From Eubacteriales bacterium (GTDB lineage: Bacteria; Bacillota; Clostridia; Saccharofermentanales; DTU023), in contig JAUNVR010000004.1 of the NCBI GenBank assembly GCA_030537595.1, positions 4,761 through 68,760 on the forward strand: DNA of 64,000 nucleotides. Reading direction: 5' to 3'. Both the position numbers and the translations under genes were made by a program. Positions 54,422 through 64,000 of the stretch are shown here, one piece after another. Each line of letters starts with the position of its first letter. Position 1 is the stretch's first letter. The notes below the pieces were generated by a model. The model was not told the origin of the DNA and did not search any database. It saw only the letters and a program-made list of their open reading frames with translations.

Positions 54422-55507
54422 ATGAACTTTTACCAAGTTTTAAATCAAGTTGCTGCCAGTTCAGAAATGAATAGCGCAGTTTCTAAAGTCGCCCCACTCG
54501 GGGCAATTATCCTAGTTGTCTGCGTAATCTTAATCATTATTGTGCGCAATATTCGGGTCGTCCCCCAAGCCAATGCCTATGTAATCGAGCGGCTGGGTAC
54601 CTTTAAGGAAACCTGGGGTACTGGCCTGCATGTCAAAATGCCCTTCCTCGACAACATTGTCAAAAAGTTATCTTTAAAGGAGCAGGTTGCAGACTTTGCG
54701 CCACAGGCTGTAATTACAAAAGACAACGTCACGATGCAGATTGACACTGTAGTTTTCTACCAGGTTGTTGACCCGAAGCTTTATACCTACGGGATTGAGA
54801 ATCCAATTCTGGCGATTGAAAACCTCTCTGCGACTACTTTGCGTAACGTCATCGGTGATCTCGAGCTGGATGAAACCTTAACTTCACGTGACCTAATTAA
54901 TGCTAAGATGCGTGAAACCTTAGATATTGCAACTGATCCCTGGGGAATCAAGGTCAACCGAGTCGAGTTAAAAAACATCATTCCCCCACGTGAGATTCAG
55001 AACGCAATGGAGCGGCAGATGAAGGCTGAGCGTGAAAAACGTGAGAATATCCTCCGCGCTGAGGGTAAAAAACAAGCCCAGATTACAGTTGCTGAAGGTG
55101 AAAAACAGGCTGCAATTTTGAGAGCTGAAGCCAAGAAACTCCAAGCAATTCGCGAAGCGGAAGGTGAAGCGGAAGCAATCCTCAGCATTCAGGAAGCCAC
55201 AGCCCGTGGTCTCAGAATGATTAAGGATGTCGCAGCCGATGAGAGCCTGATTGCAATTAAGGGTTTAGAAACCTTGGCCAAGGTTGCCGATGGTCGTGCA
55301 ACGAAGCTGATTATTCCTTCGAATTTACAAAACCTAGCCTCAGTCGTGACGGCCGCCCAGGAAATCTGGACCACTCCAGCAGCCTCAGAAGCAGCAGATA
55401 AGTCAGAGCAGGCAGCGGATTCAAGCTTAAGTAATTCAAGTGCTGAGCAAAGCGCAGCTGGCTATCGCCCACGTCCACAAGCCGATCCCAATGGTCCGCG
55501 AATCTAG
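54422..55507 (+). CDS. SPFH/band-7 (stomatin-like) membrane protein
   Basis: It has an N-terminal TM segment and an SPFH core (VPQANAYVIERLG, TKDNVTMQIDTVVFYQV). A coiled-coil Ala/Glu-rich region follows. Confidence 0.85.
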   Translation: MNFYQVLNQVAASSEMNSAVSKVAPLGAIILVVCVILIIIVRNIRVVPQANAYVIERLGTFKETWGTGLHVKMPFLDNIVKKLSLKEQVADFAPQAVITKDNVTMQIDTVVFYQVVDPKLYTYGIENPILAIENLSATTLRNVIGDLELDETLTSRDLINAKMRETLDIATDPWGIKVNRVELKNIIPPREIQNAMERQMKAEREKRENILRAEGKKQAQITVAEGEKQAAILRAEAKKLQAIREAEGEAEAILSIQEATARGLRMIKDVAADESLIAIKGLETLAKVADGRATKLIIPSNLQNLASVVTAAQEIWTTPAASEAADKSEQAADSSLSNSSAEQSAAGYRPRPQADPNGPRI

Positions 55508-55585
55508 TTCAAGTTGCGGCCACAGAAGTTAAAGAGCAGGCTGGACTAAAGCAGTCAGGCTTAATTAGGAAACAAAGGTTATAAA

Positions 55586-56770
55586 ATGTTACAAGGAATT
55601 CACTGTAGAGGTTACGCCATACTCGAGGACTTTACCCTCGGTCTCAGCTGGGCGCAGCTCAAAAAGCTACACAGCCTGGAGGAGGCCTTGGCAGAACCGC
55701 GTTTACAAGCTTTAACCTGCCTGATCGGGCGGGCCTCGACTGGGAAGACCTCGGCCTTTGAAGCCTTGCGCTTTATTTCCGAGAGCTTAAAGCAGGGTGT
55801 GCCAGAAGCTGCCTCAGCGCTGAGTGATGAGGGTTTCGCCTCAATGCTAAGCTACAACGGCAATGATCAGATGCACTTTGCCCTAGTCTTTTACCGCGAG
55901 AAAGAGGCAGATTTTTTAAACTATCAGATTCTGATTAAAGCAGATCGCTATGGACGGCCCCGAGTGGCGGCTGAAGAGGTCATTCATGGAGCTTATCTTG
56001 ATGGTAGCTTCGTGGAGACCCAATTACTCCAACATCAAGATGGCGAGGGTAGGGTCTATTCACAAAACTTTGGGGCTGCAGAAATCAATTTATTAGAGGT
56101 CAAAATGCCAGCCCTGAGCCTATATGGACGCTTTTTGCAGTATCCTGAGCTCTGCTGGCTGTACCTGTCAATCACCCGTTGGTTTATCACCTCCGGCCCC
56201 TTTGAGCTAAAGCGGATGCCGGCGCGTAAAATTGATGGCATCAACCGCCATCTAACCAGTGATTTTGAAAACGCGACCAATGTCCTAGACTACTATGAGG
56301 CCAGAGATCGTGAGCAGGGGCGAGCAGGGGCAACTGTGCAGAGAATTCTCGAGAAAATGCCCGACTTCAAGTTAACCGGAGATATTCGCCTCGACCGAGA
56401 ATTGACCTCAGGTAATTTAAAACTCTTTCTTTACTACTTACTTTTAGAAGATAATCGTCCTCTAATCTGTCTCGATGGCCCGGAACTCGGACTATACCAT
56501 GAGCGGGTCGAGGACCTAGTCACGGAAATGCGGATCTACTTGGATGTCGAGTTAGGTGCGCAGATTTTCCTTTCATCCCACAGCACTGTTCTACTCGACA
56601 CGCTAGCGCCGGCCGAAGTCTGGCTCCTCGAGAGGAAGCGCGAGGCTGGTGCAGATAAAGCCCTAATTCAGGCCCGCTGGCTCGGTTCAGATGACCTGAT
56701 CCAAAAAATGGCAGAAGAAGGAATTAGCTTAGGCAGTCTGTGGTATAGCGGGCACTTGGACTTTCAATGA
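55586..56770 (+). CDS. ABC/SMC-type ATPase (AAA_21/COG4637-like), first gene of a two-gene module
   Basis: Readable motifs are Walker A LIGRASTGKTS, signature-like LTSGN, Walker B PLICLDGPE (Gly where the catalytic Glu is usual) and H-loop FLSSHSTVLLD. The C-terminus reads LGSLWYSGHL. Confidence 0.75.
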   Translation: MLQGIHCRGYAILEDFTLGLSWAQLKKLHSLEEALAEPRLQALTCLIGRASTGKTSAFEALRFISESLKQGVPEAASALSDEGFASMLSYNGNDQMHFALVFYREKEADFLNYQILIKADRYGRPRVAAEEVIHGAYLDGSFVETQLLQHQDGEGRVYSQNFGAAEINLLEVKMPALSLYGRFLQYPELCWLYLSITRWFITSGPFELKRMPARKIDGINRHLTSDFENATNVLDYYEARDREQGRAGATVQRILEKMPDFKLTGDIRLDRELTSGNLKLFLYYLLLEDNRPLICLDGPELGLYHERVEDLVTEMRIYLDVELGAQIFLSSHSTVLLDTLAPAEVWLLERKREAGADKALIQARWLGSDDLIQKMAEEGISLGSLWYSGHLDFQ

Positions 56771-57492
56771 GAAGCATAGTAGTTCTAACGGAGGATCGCT
56801 CTTCGGTGCCGACCTTGGAACGCATCTTTGAGCTTATTCTCGCCGAAACTAAGCTGGCCTGTAATTTAGAAATCTACTTCCACCGGGGTAGGGGGCATTT
56901 ACCGAAGAATTTAGCAGCAAGTCCGAATCCTCGGGCAAGCTCTCTCTTACAAGTCTTCCCGGCCAAATTAAGAGCCTATGCAGCAGCGACTGAGCCGGAG
57001 GAAGTACTGCTGGTCGTCGTGCTCGATTCTGATGACTCAGATGTCGACGTGCTTTACGGTCGCCTGGTTGAGTGCTACCGGCGCTTTGCCCCGCGGCACG
57101 TCTACTGTATCGGGATTGCAGTTGAAGAGTTCGAGGCCTGGCTTTTAGGCGACATCGAGGCTTTAAGCCGAGCTTATCCTGATTACAATAAGGAAGCATA
57201 TGCTAGCTACGAGCAGGATGCCATCGTAGGCACCTGGGAAATTCTAGCCAAGGTAGTTCATGCTGCTGGTGCTGACCGCCTAATCCGCAATGCCTACCCG
57301 GCAGTCGGAGCCTATAAAATGCGCTGGGCAGAAAATATATCCCCATTTTTAGAATTAGATAGCAACCGTTCAGAGAGCTTTAAGCGTTTTATTCAACATA
57401 TTCGCCGCAGCCTAGTTTTTTGGACTGAGCGAATTGAGGCGGCAGGAGAAGTCCCAGGAAACTTTCCCTCCGAGGAGGAGGGGGAGAGTTAA
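56767..57492 (+). CDS. Toprim-like / DUF4276-like protein, second gene of the two-gene module
   Basis: It has an ATGA overlap with the ATPase gene. It carries SIVVLTEDRS, an acidic cluster VVVLDSDDSDVD, and EEFEAWLLGD (the EAW motif I recall for DUF4276). The length is 241 aa. Confidence 0.6.
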   Translation: MRSIVVLTEDRSSVPTLERIFELILAETKLACNLEIYFHRGRGHLPKNLAASPNPRASSLLQVFPAKLRAYAAATEPEEVLLVVVLDSDDSDVDVLYGRLVECYRRFAPRHVYCIGIAVEEFEAWLLGDIEALSRAYPDYNKEAYASYEQDAIVGTWEILAKVVHAAGADRLIRNAYPAVGAYKMRWAENISPFLELDSNRSESFKRFIQHIRRSLVFWTERIEAAGEVPGNFPSEEEGES

Positions 57493-57494
57493 AG

Positions 57495-58886
57495 ATGAGC
57501 TCAGTCCTGCCTGAATCCGGCCTGGGTCTAACAGAGGCCCTGGCTTTAGCTGACCGCGGCTTGTCTTTAGAGAGCCTGGGCCTTGCAGATGCCCTCTATA
57601 TTCACGTCCCCTTCTGTGCGAAACGCTGCTATTACTGTGACTTTTATAGTCAGCTTCCAGCCAGCGGCGACTTAAGGCAGTATGAGGAGGCCCTCTTAAA
57701 TCACTTGCTTGCGCTCTTAGCTTGGCTTGAGCAAGAGGGCCGGGAGCCGAGCTGGGGCTTCGACACAGTTTACTTTGGCGGAGGAACGCCCTCGCTCTTA
57801 AGTGCTAAGTTTTATCAGCGCTTTTTCAAGATTCTGGCTCAGGCAAAGGCCTTAAAAGCCGAGGCAGAGATTACGGTTGAGGCAAATCCCACTTCCTTAA
57901 GTGCAAAGCTGGCCAGCGCTCTATATTCCGCAGGCGTAAACCGCCTCTCTCTTGGCCTACAGACTAGTTCTCAAGCAGCCTTGAAAATCCTTGGCAGAAT
58001 CCATGACTTCGAGGGCTTTTTGCGCGCTTTAAAAGCAGCTAGGGCTGCTGGGTTCAAGCGGATCAGTACAGATTTAATCTATGCCCTGCCAGGTCAAACC
58101 ATGGCAGATTTCAGGCTCGATTTAGAGCGGCTATTTGCACTCGAACTTGAGCATTTTTCTGCCTATTCTTTAATCCTAGCCGAGGATACCCCCTTTTATC
58201 GCTGCTACGTCGAAGGGGATAACTATTTAAAGCTGCCCGAATTACCGACTGAGGACTTAGAACGGGAGTTTTATTACGAGCTCAAGAAAGCTGCAGCAGA
58301 ACATGGCTACAAACATTATGAAATTGCGAGCTGGGCTCAGCCTGGGGCAGAATCTAGACATAATAATAAATACTGGAAATTACTACCCTATTTCGCACTA
58401 GGGCCAGCAGCAAGTGGTTTTTACCGTGGCTGTCGCTACCGCTTCCCAGAGGATTTAAAGGCTTATCTTGAATCTTGGACTGAGCCTAAATCGGGACTAG
58501 ATTACTGGCATGGCGCAAGCTTAGATGAGTGCCTGACGGCTGAGACGGAAGCAAAAGATTATCTATTCCTAGCCTTTCGCCGCATGTGCGGAGTTTCAGA
58601 AGCTGAGTATCGGCTGCGCTTTGGCCGTGACTTAGAAAAGGACTTCGGCCCCGAGCTGAAGAGCCTGAAAGCGCGGGCCTTGATTTATGACTATGAGGTG
58701 GAAAGAAGATCTGAGTCCTTAGTCCAAGCCCAAGCTAGTTCGAGTGAGAGCCTAGCCCCAGTGGAATCAGAGCAAAAGAAGCTCTTACTTGAGCCTAATC
58801 CTAAGCCCCTAAAGAAAGATCGCCGCTGGGCCCTAAGTAGCCTGGGTGAGGACTTTGCAAACGAAGTTTTCCGGGAATTTATCTAG
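57495..58886 (+). CDS. hemW: Radical SAM heme chaperone HemW (oxygen-independent coproporphyrinogen oxidase-like, HemN family)
   Basis: YIHVPFCAKRCYYCDF carries the CxxxCxxC motif, and GGGTPS is present. It sits upstream of hrcA as in Bacillus. The ATG lies 2 nt after the preceding stop. Confidence 0.85.
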   Translation: MSSVLPESGLGLTEALALADRGLSLESLGLADALYIHVPFCAKRCYYCDFYSQLPASGDLRQYEEALLNHLLALLAWLEQEGREPSWGFDTVYFGGGTPSLLSAKFYQRFFKILAQAKALKAEAEITVEANPTSLSAKLASALYSAGVNRLSLGLQTSSQAALKILGRIHDFEGFLRALKAARAAGFKRISTDLIYALPGQTMADFRLDLERLFALELEHFSAYSLILAEDTPFYRCYVEGDNYLKLPELPTEDLEREFYYELKKAAAEHGYKHYEIASWAQPGAESRHNNKYWKLLPYFALGPAASGFYRGCRYRFPEDLKAYLESWTEPKSGLDYWHGASLDECLTAETEAKDYLFLAFRRMCGVSEAEYRLRFGRDLEKDFGPELKSLKARALIYDYEVERRSESLVQAQASSSESLAPVESEQKKLLLEPNPKPLKKDRRWALSSLGEDFANEVFREFI

Positions 58887-58988
58887 TATTTTGTCTATCT
58901 TTGACTAATTCGGAAAAAGTTCACAATTCTGTGACATTACTGTCTAATTCAGCAATTGACAGCCCTCTATAATCCGTACTAAACTAAC

Positions 58989-59015
58989 TTAGCACTCAGG
59001 ACATACGAGTGCTAA
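58989..59015 (+). promoter_or_regulatory. CIRCE operator (HrcA binding site)
   Basis: TTAGCACTC-aggacatac-GAGTGCTAA is a perfect match to the consensus TTAGCACTC-N9-GAGTGCTAA. It lies 23 nt upstream of the hrcA ATG. A TATAAT hexamer lies at 58968-58973. Confidence 0.9.
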
Positions 59016-59037
59016 TTTTGAGAAGGGAGGGCAGAGA

Positions 59038-60162
59038 ATGAACTTGAATGGACAAATCGATTTTAGTAAATCTTTTCACCACGATCCAATTTTAGCAATT
59101 GATCCACCACTCAGTGAGCGGCAGCGGACAATTCTGAAGGCGATTGTTGAAAGATATATTATCGAAGCAGAGCCGGTCGGTTCGAAGAATCTTTTAAACC
59201 GCTATGCCTGGGATATTTCCTCCGCAACTGTGCGCAAGGAGATGGCAGAATTAGAGGCCATGGGTTATCTCGAACAGCCGCACACCTCTGCAGGGCGAGT
59301 GCCGAGTGATAAGGGTTACCGCGCCTATGTCGATGAACTTTTAATTCCACGTGGTTTGGGAGCAGCCGAGAAGGCCCAGCTCAATCGTTATTTTAATCAA
59401 CAATTGAGTGAGCTCGATTCCTTACTGAGAAGAGCCGCGGATGCCCTCTCTGCAGCAACCGGACTGACCGCCCTGGTCCTGATGCCTCGCTATGACAACG
59501 CGAGTTTAAAACAGTTGCATCTGATTTTAATTGAACCAGGACGAGCCCTCTGCATTTTAATTTTGACCGAAGGTATGGTTAAAGACCAAAGCATTAAGCT
59601 TGCGGTCGAATTAGATCAGGCAGATTTAGCAGCCGCAGCCGCCGCGATCAGCGCCCAGATTGCTGGGCAAAGGCTTCATGAAATAAGCCTGCAGGAGCTG
59701 ATTCAAGCGCTGCAAGTTCTCCCGCTAAATCCTGAGCTGAGTGAGCAAATTGCAGAGGAGATTTTTCGGGTAATCCGGGCGGCGGAAGAGCTCGATATTT
59801 ATGTCCAAGGTAAGCATCTTCTACTCCGTCAACCGGAGTTTAAAGATAGCGAAAGGGCTCATCTAACCTTTACAGAGCTACAGAAAGAAGCGCTCCTAGC
59901 AGCCTACCTCTGTGGCGATGATGAAGCCTCAACCCCGAGTTTGATGGTCCGGATTGGTCGCGAATTGGCTTTGGAGAATTTACAAGAACTTAGCTTTATC
60001 TCGGCCTGCTATCGCCAAGGCCCTGCAGTCCAAGGACAAATTGCAGTGATTGGGCCTCGACGGATGGCCTACGGGTCGATTATCTCAAATCTTAAATACG
60101 TTAGACGGGCTTTGAATTCTCTTAACCGAGAGCAGTCCGCAAAGGAGGATAACGGTGCTTAA
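59038..60162 (+). CDS. hrcA: Heat-inducible transcription repressor HrcA
   Basis: The LSERQRTILKAIVERYI...EPVGSK winged-helix N-terminus is present. The call is supported by the CIRCE site upstream and grpE downstream. Confidence 0.9.
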   Translation: MNLNGQIDFSKSFHHDPILAIDPPLSERQRTILKAIVERYIIEAEPVGSKNLLNRYAWDISSATVRKEMAELEAMGYLEQPHTSAGRVPSDKGYRAYVDELLIPRGLGAAEKAQLNRYFNQQLSELDSLLRRAADALSAATGLTALVLMPRYDNASLKQLHLILIEPGRALCILILTEGMVKDQSIKLAVELDQADLAAAAAAISAQIAGQRLHEISLQELIQALQVLPLNPELSEQIAEEIFRVIRAAEELDIYVQGKHLLLRQPEFKDSERAHLTFTELQKEALLAAYLCGDDEASTPSLMVRIGRELALENLQELSFISACYRQGPAVQGQIAVIGPRRMAYGSIISNLKYVRRALNSLNREQSAKEDNGA

Positions 60163-60796
60163 TCGAAAGCAAAGCTCGAAACGCAAAGCAGATAAGTCAG
60201 AAGAGATTCAGGCAGAAGCCGAGCAGGCTCAGAAAGAGAAAGCCGAGCAAGCAGAAGCTGAGTCCGCAGAACTCACCCAGGATGCTGGCCAAGAGTCTGA
60301 AGTGGACGGCGTAGAAAGTTCGAGCCAAGAGCCTGAGTCGAGCCAGAGAATCGCTGACTTAGAAGCTGAAAATGCGAAGCTCAATGATCGCTGGTTGCGA
60401 CTTCAGGCCGAGTATGACAACTATCGGCGCAGAAGCCAAGATGAGCTGAGTAGACGCTATGAAGATGCGCTGATCGATGTAGCTACTGCCTGGCTCCCAG
60501 TTCTGGACAATTTGGACCGAGCTGAAGCAGCCGCAGCAGAAATTGAAAGTGCAGATGGCGAGAAAGTTGCCGAGGGCATTCAATTAGTCAAGCGTCAGGC
60601 AAAAGAGACTATGGAGAGGCTCGGCATCACAGAAATAGCCTGTGTTGGAGAGTCCTTTGATCCGGCCTGGCATGAAGCCTTACATCATATCGAAACTGAA
60701 GACTACGGCGAGAACGAAATTAGCCAAGTCTTTACCAAGGGCTATAAAAAGGGTGAGCGCGTAATCCGCCATGCCCAGGTCCAGGTCGCGAACTAA
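60155..60796 (+). CDS. grpE: Nucleotide exchange factor GrpE
   Basis: RLQAEYDNYRRR and the C-terminal FDPAWHEAL block are present. The GTG start lies 5 nt after GGAGG and overlaps the hrcA stop. Confidence 0.9.
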   Translation: MLNRKQSSKRKADKSEEIQAEAEQAQKEKAEQAEAESAELTQDAGQESEVDGVESSSQEPESSQRIADLEAENAKLNDRWLRLQAEYDNYRRRSQDELSRRYEDALIDVATAWLPVLDNLDRAEAAAAEIESADGEKVAEGIQLVKRQAKETMERLGITEIACVGESFDPAWHEALHHIETEDYGENEISQVFTKGYKKGERVIRHAQVQVAN

Positions 60797-60867
60797 GCTT
60801 AATAAGCTAGTTCAGGAACTCAAGCTAAGGGCGCGAAAATAAATTAGTTAAAAATGAAATCAAATAG

Positions 60868-62736
<1,869 letters not shown>

Positions 62737-62887
62737 TGCTATACTTGAGCCTAGCTAGCCTCTAGCTTGATTCAGAAGACAGAGGGTCGAGCTCGAAGTA
62801 AGAGCAAATTAGATTAAACAGAATTAAAAATATGACCCACCGCAGTCCAAGAGGGCTTGCGGTGGGTTTCACCGCAAGGAGCAAGTT

Positions 62888-64000
62888 TTGGCCGATAAAC
62901 GCGATTATTATGATGTGCTCGGGGTAGAGAAGACTGCCTCAGAGTCAGATATTAAAAAGGCATACTGGAAGCTGGCAAAGAAATATCACCCGGATGTAAA
63001 CCCCGGAGATAAGGAAGCCGAAGAGAAATTCAAGGAAGCCAATGAGGCTTTTGAGGTTCTCTCAAATGAGGAAAAGCGCAAGAAGTATGACCAATTTGGT
63101 CATGCCGGCGTAGATCCCTCTGGCTTTGGTGGATACAGTGGTGGCGTCAATGTCGACCTGCACGACCTCTTTAACTCTATTTTCGGCGATTTGGGCGGTA
63201 ACTTCGGTGGTTTCGGTGGCTTTAGCCGAGGCTTTGGCTTTGGTGGAGCACATAGTGGAGCTAGCCCGAACGGCCCGGTGCCGGGAGCAAATCTGCGCTA
63301 CCGCATGAACCTCGATTTCATGGAGGCTGCCTTTGGTTGCGAGCGTGAAATTTCCATTCGTAAAGAAGAAAATTGCGAGCAATGTAAGGGTTACGGTACA
63401 GCGGACGGGAATCCCCCACCCAAGTGTTCAGTCTGTCATGGCAGTGGTCAGGTAAACCGGACTCAGCAGACAATTTTTGGTCAGATGATGACAGCCCAGA
63501 CCTGTGCGAGCTGTGGTGGTAGTGGTGTCGAAATTAAAAATCCCTGTTCGGCCTGTCACGGCAGCGGTAGAGTCAAGAAAACTAAGCGCCTATCGGTGAA
63601 GATTCCAGCCGGGATTAATGAGCACGAGATGCTGACTCTCCGTGGTGAGGGTGAGCCCGGTTTCCGTGGTGGCCCCCCAGGGGATTTATATATTGAAGTA
63701 CAGATTCGCCCACACCCCGTGTTCCAACGTGACGGGATGACTACCTTCTGTGAACTGCCAATTACCTATGCCCAGGCAACCTTGGGTAGCGAGGTTGAAG
63801 TTCCCACAATTGATGGGCCGGTGCTCTTTAAGTTAAAGGAAGGAACCCAGCCTGGCGATCTCTATACGATTCGCGAGAAGGGGATACCGAATATTCATAA
63901 TCGCCGCCAGCGCGGGGATCATAAGTTTAGAGTTAAGCTTGAGGTGCCGCGCAATCTGAATGCGGAACAAAAAGAATTACTGGAGCGCTTTGAAAACTCT
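62888..64000 (+). CDS. dnaJ: Molecular chaperone DnaJ (3' end beyond the window)
   Basis: It is absent from the ORF track because it is truncated. My translation from the TTG at 62888 gives [40 protein letters not shown]-rich region and four CxxCxGxG zinc-finger repeats follow. AAGGAG lies 6 nt upstream. Confidence 0.95.
   Translation, partial: MADKRDYYDVLGVEKTASESDIKKAYWKLAKKYHPDVNPGDKEAEEKFKEANEAFEVLSNEEKRKKYDQFGHAGVDPSGFGGYSGGVNVDLHDLFNSIFGDLGGNFGGFGGFSRGFGFGGAHSGASPNGPVPGANLRYRMNLDFMEAAFGCEREISIRKEENCEQCKGYGTADGNPPPKCSVCHGSGQVNRTQQTIFGQMMTAQTCASCGGSGVEIKNPCSACHGSGRVKKTKRLSVKIPAGINEHEMLTLRGEGEPGFRGGPPGDLYIEVQIRPHPVFQRDGMTTFCELPITYAQATLGSEVEVPTIDGPVLFKLKEGTQPGDLYTIREKGIPNIHNRRQRGDHKFRVKLEVPRNLNAEQKELLERFENS

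Noticed and set aside
53790-55507. NfeD-SPFH could be part of a four-gene system with the ATPase/DUF4276-like pair.
   Set aside because: NfeD-SPFH is a ubiquitous self-contained operon. A 78-nt gap separates it from the ATPase gene, whereas the ATPase, DUF4276-like and hemW genes are overlapped or abutting. Linkage is possible but unsupported.
58956-58973. TTGACA at 58956-58961 and TATAAT at 58968-58973 could form the hrcA promoter.
   Set aside because: The two hexamers are only 6 nt apart, so they cannot form one sigma-70 promoter. TATAAT with a weak -35, or TTGACA with TACTAA about 15 nt downstream, are both possible. I therefore annotated only the CIRCE element.

Overview
This 64-kb segment looks like the chromosome of a Firmicutes/Clostridia-like anaerobe. 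Supporting features are rnfCDGEAB, pyruvate:ferredoxin oxidoreductase, a CIRCE-controlled hrcA-grpE-dnaK-dnaJ operon, and Bacillus-type DnaD/DnaI helicase-loader genes. It is densely coded and almost entirely core. Contents: pgsB-pgsC, two cluster-A metal ABC importers (a ZinT-associated zinc-type system and a TroABCD-like system), citDEF, mgtE, a two-component system, dinB, cell-wall hydrolases, an in-frame pgk-tpi fusion, nifJ, acpS, upp, lplA, rpmB, a D-Ala-D-Ala carboxypeptidase, four tRNAs, an acyl-CoA synthetase, gltX-glnS and NfeD-SPFH. I saw no transposase, integrase, CRISPR array or rRNA. The best candidate for an undescribed system is a translationally coupled pair at 55586-57492. 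It encodes an ABC/SMC-type ATPase plus a small Toprim-like protein with an EAW motif (DUF4276-like), an architecture like PARIS, AbiL or split OLD nucleases, and it sits directly upstream of hemW-hrcA. The second candidate is an XRE repressor plus ImmA/IrrE metallopeptidase operon divergent from dinB, with a 16-bp inverted repeat between them and no LexA box, suggesting a LexA-independent damage switch. The third is an operon of a DUF5685-like protein, an HPD-less J-domain protein and an M28-like lipoprotein that appears to have lost catalytic residues. Smaller oddities are a PHP-Nudix fusion, a ZnuA-like protein with an inserted domain, an NlpC/P60 domain lacking its catalytic Cys, a long RnfE tail, and shared TTAGC/GCTAA palindromes upstream of both metal operons. 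All calls come from reading the sequence and ORF translations by eye. Family names rest on remembered motifs and need HMM or BLAST confirmation.
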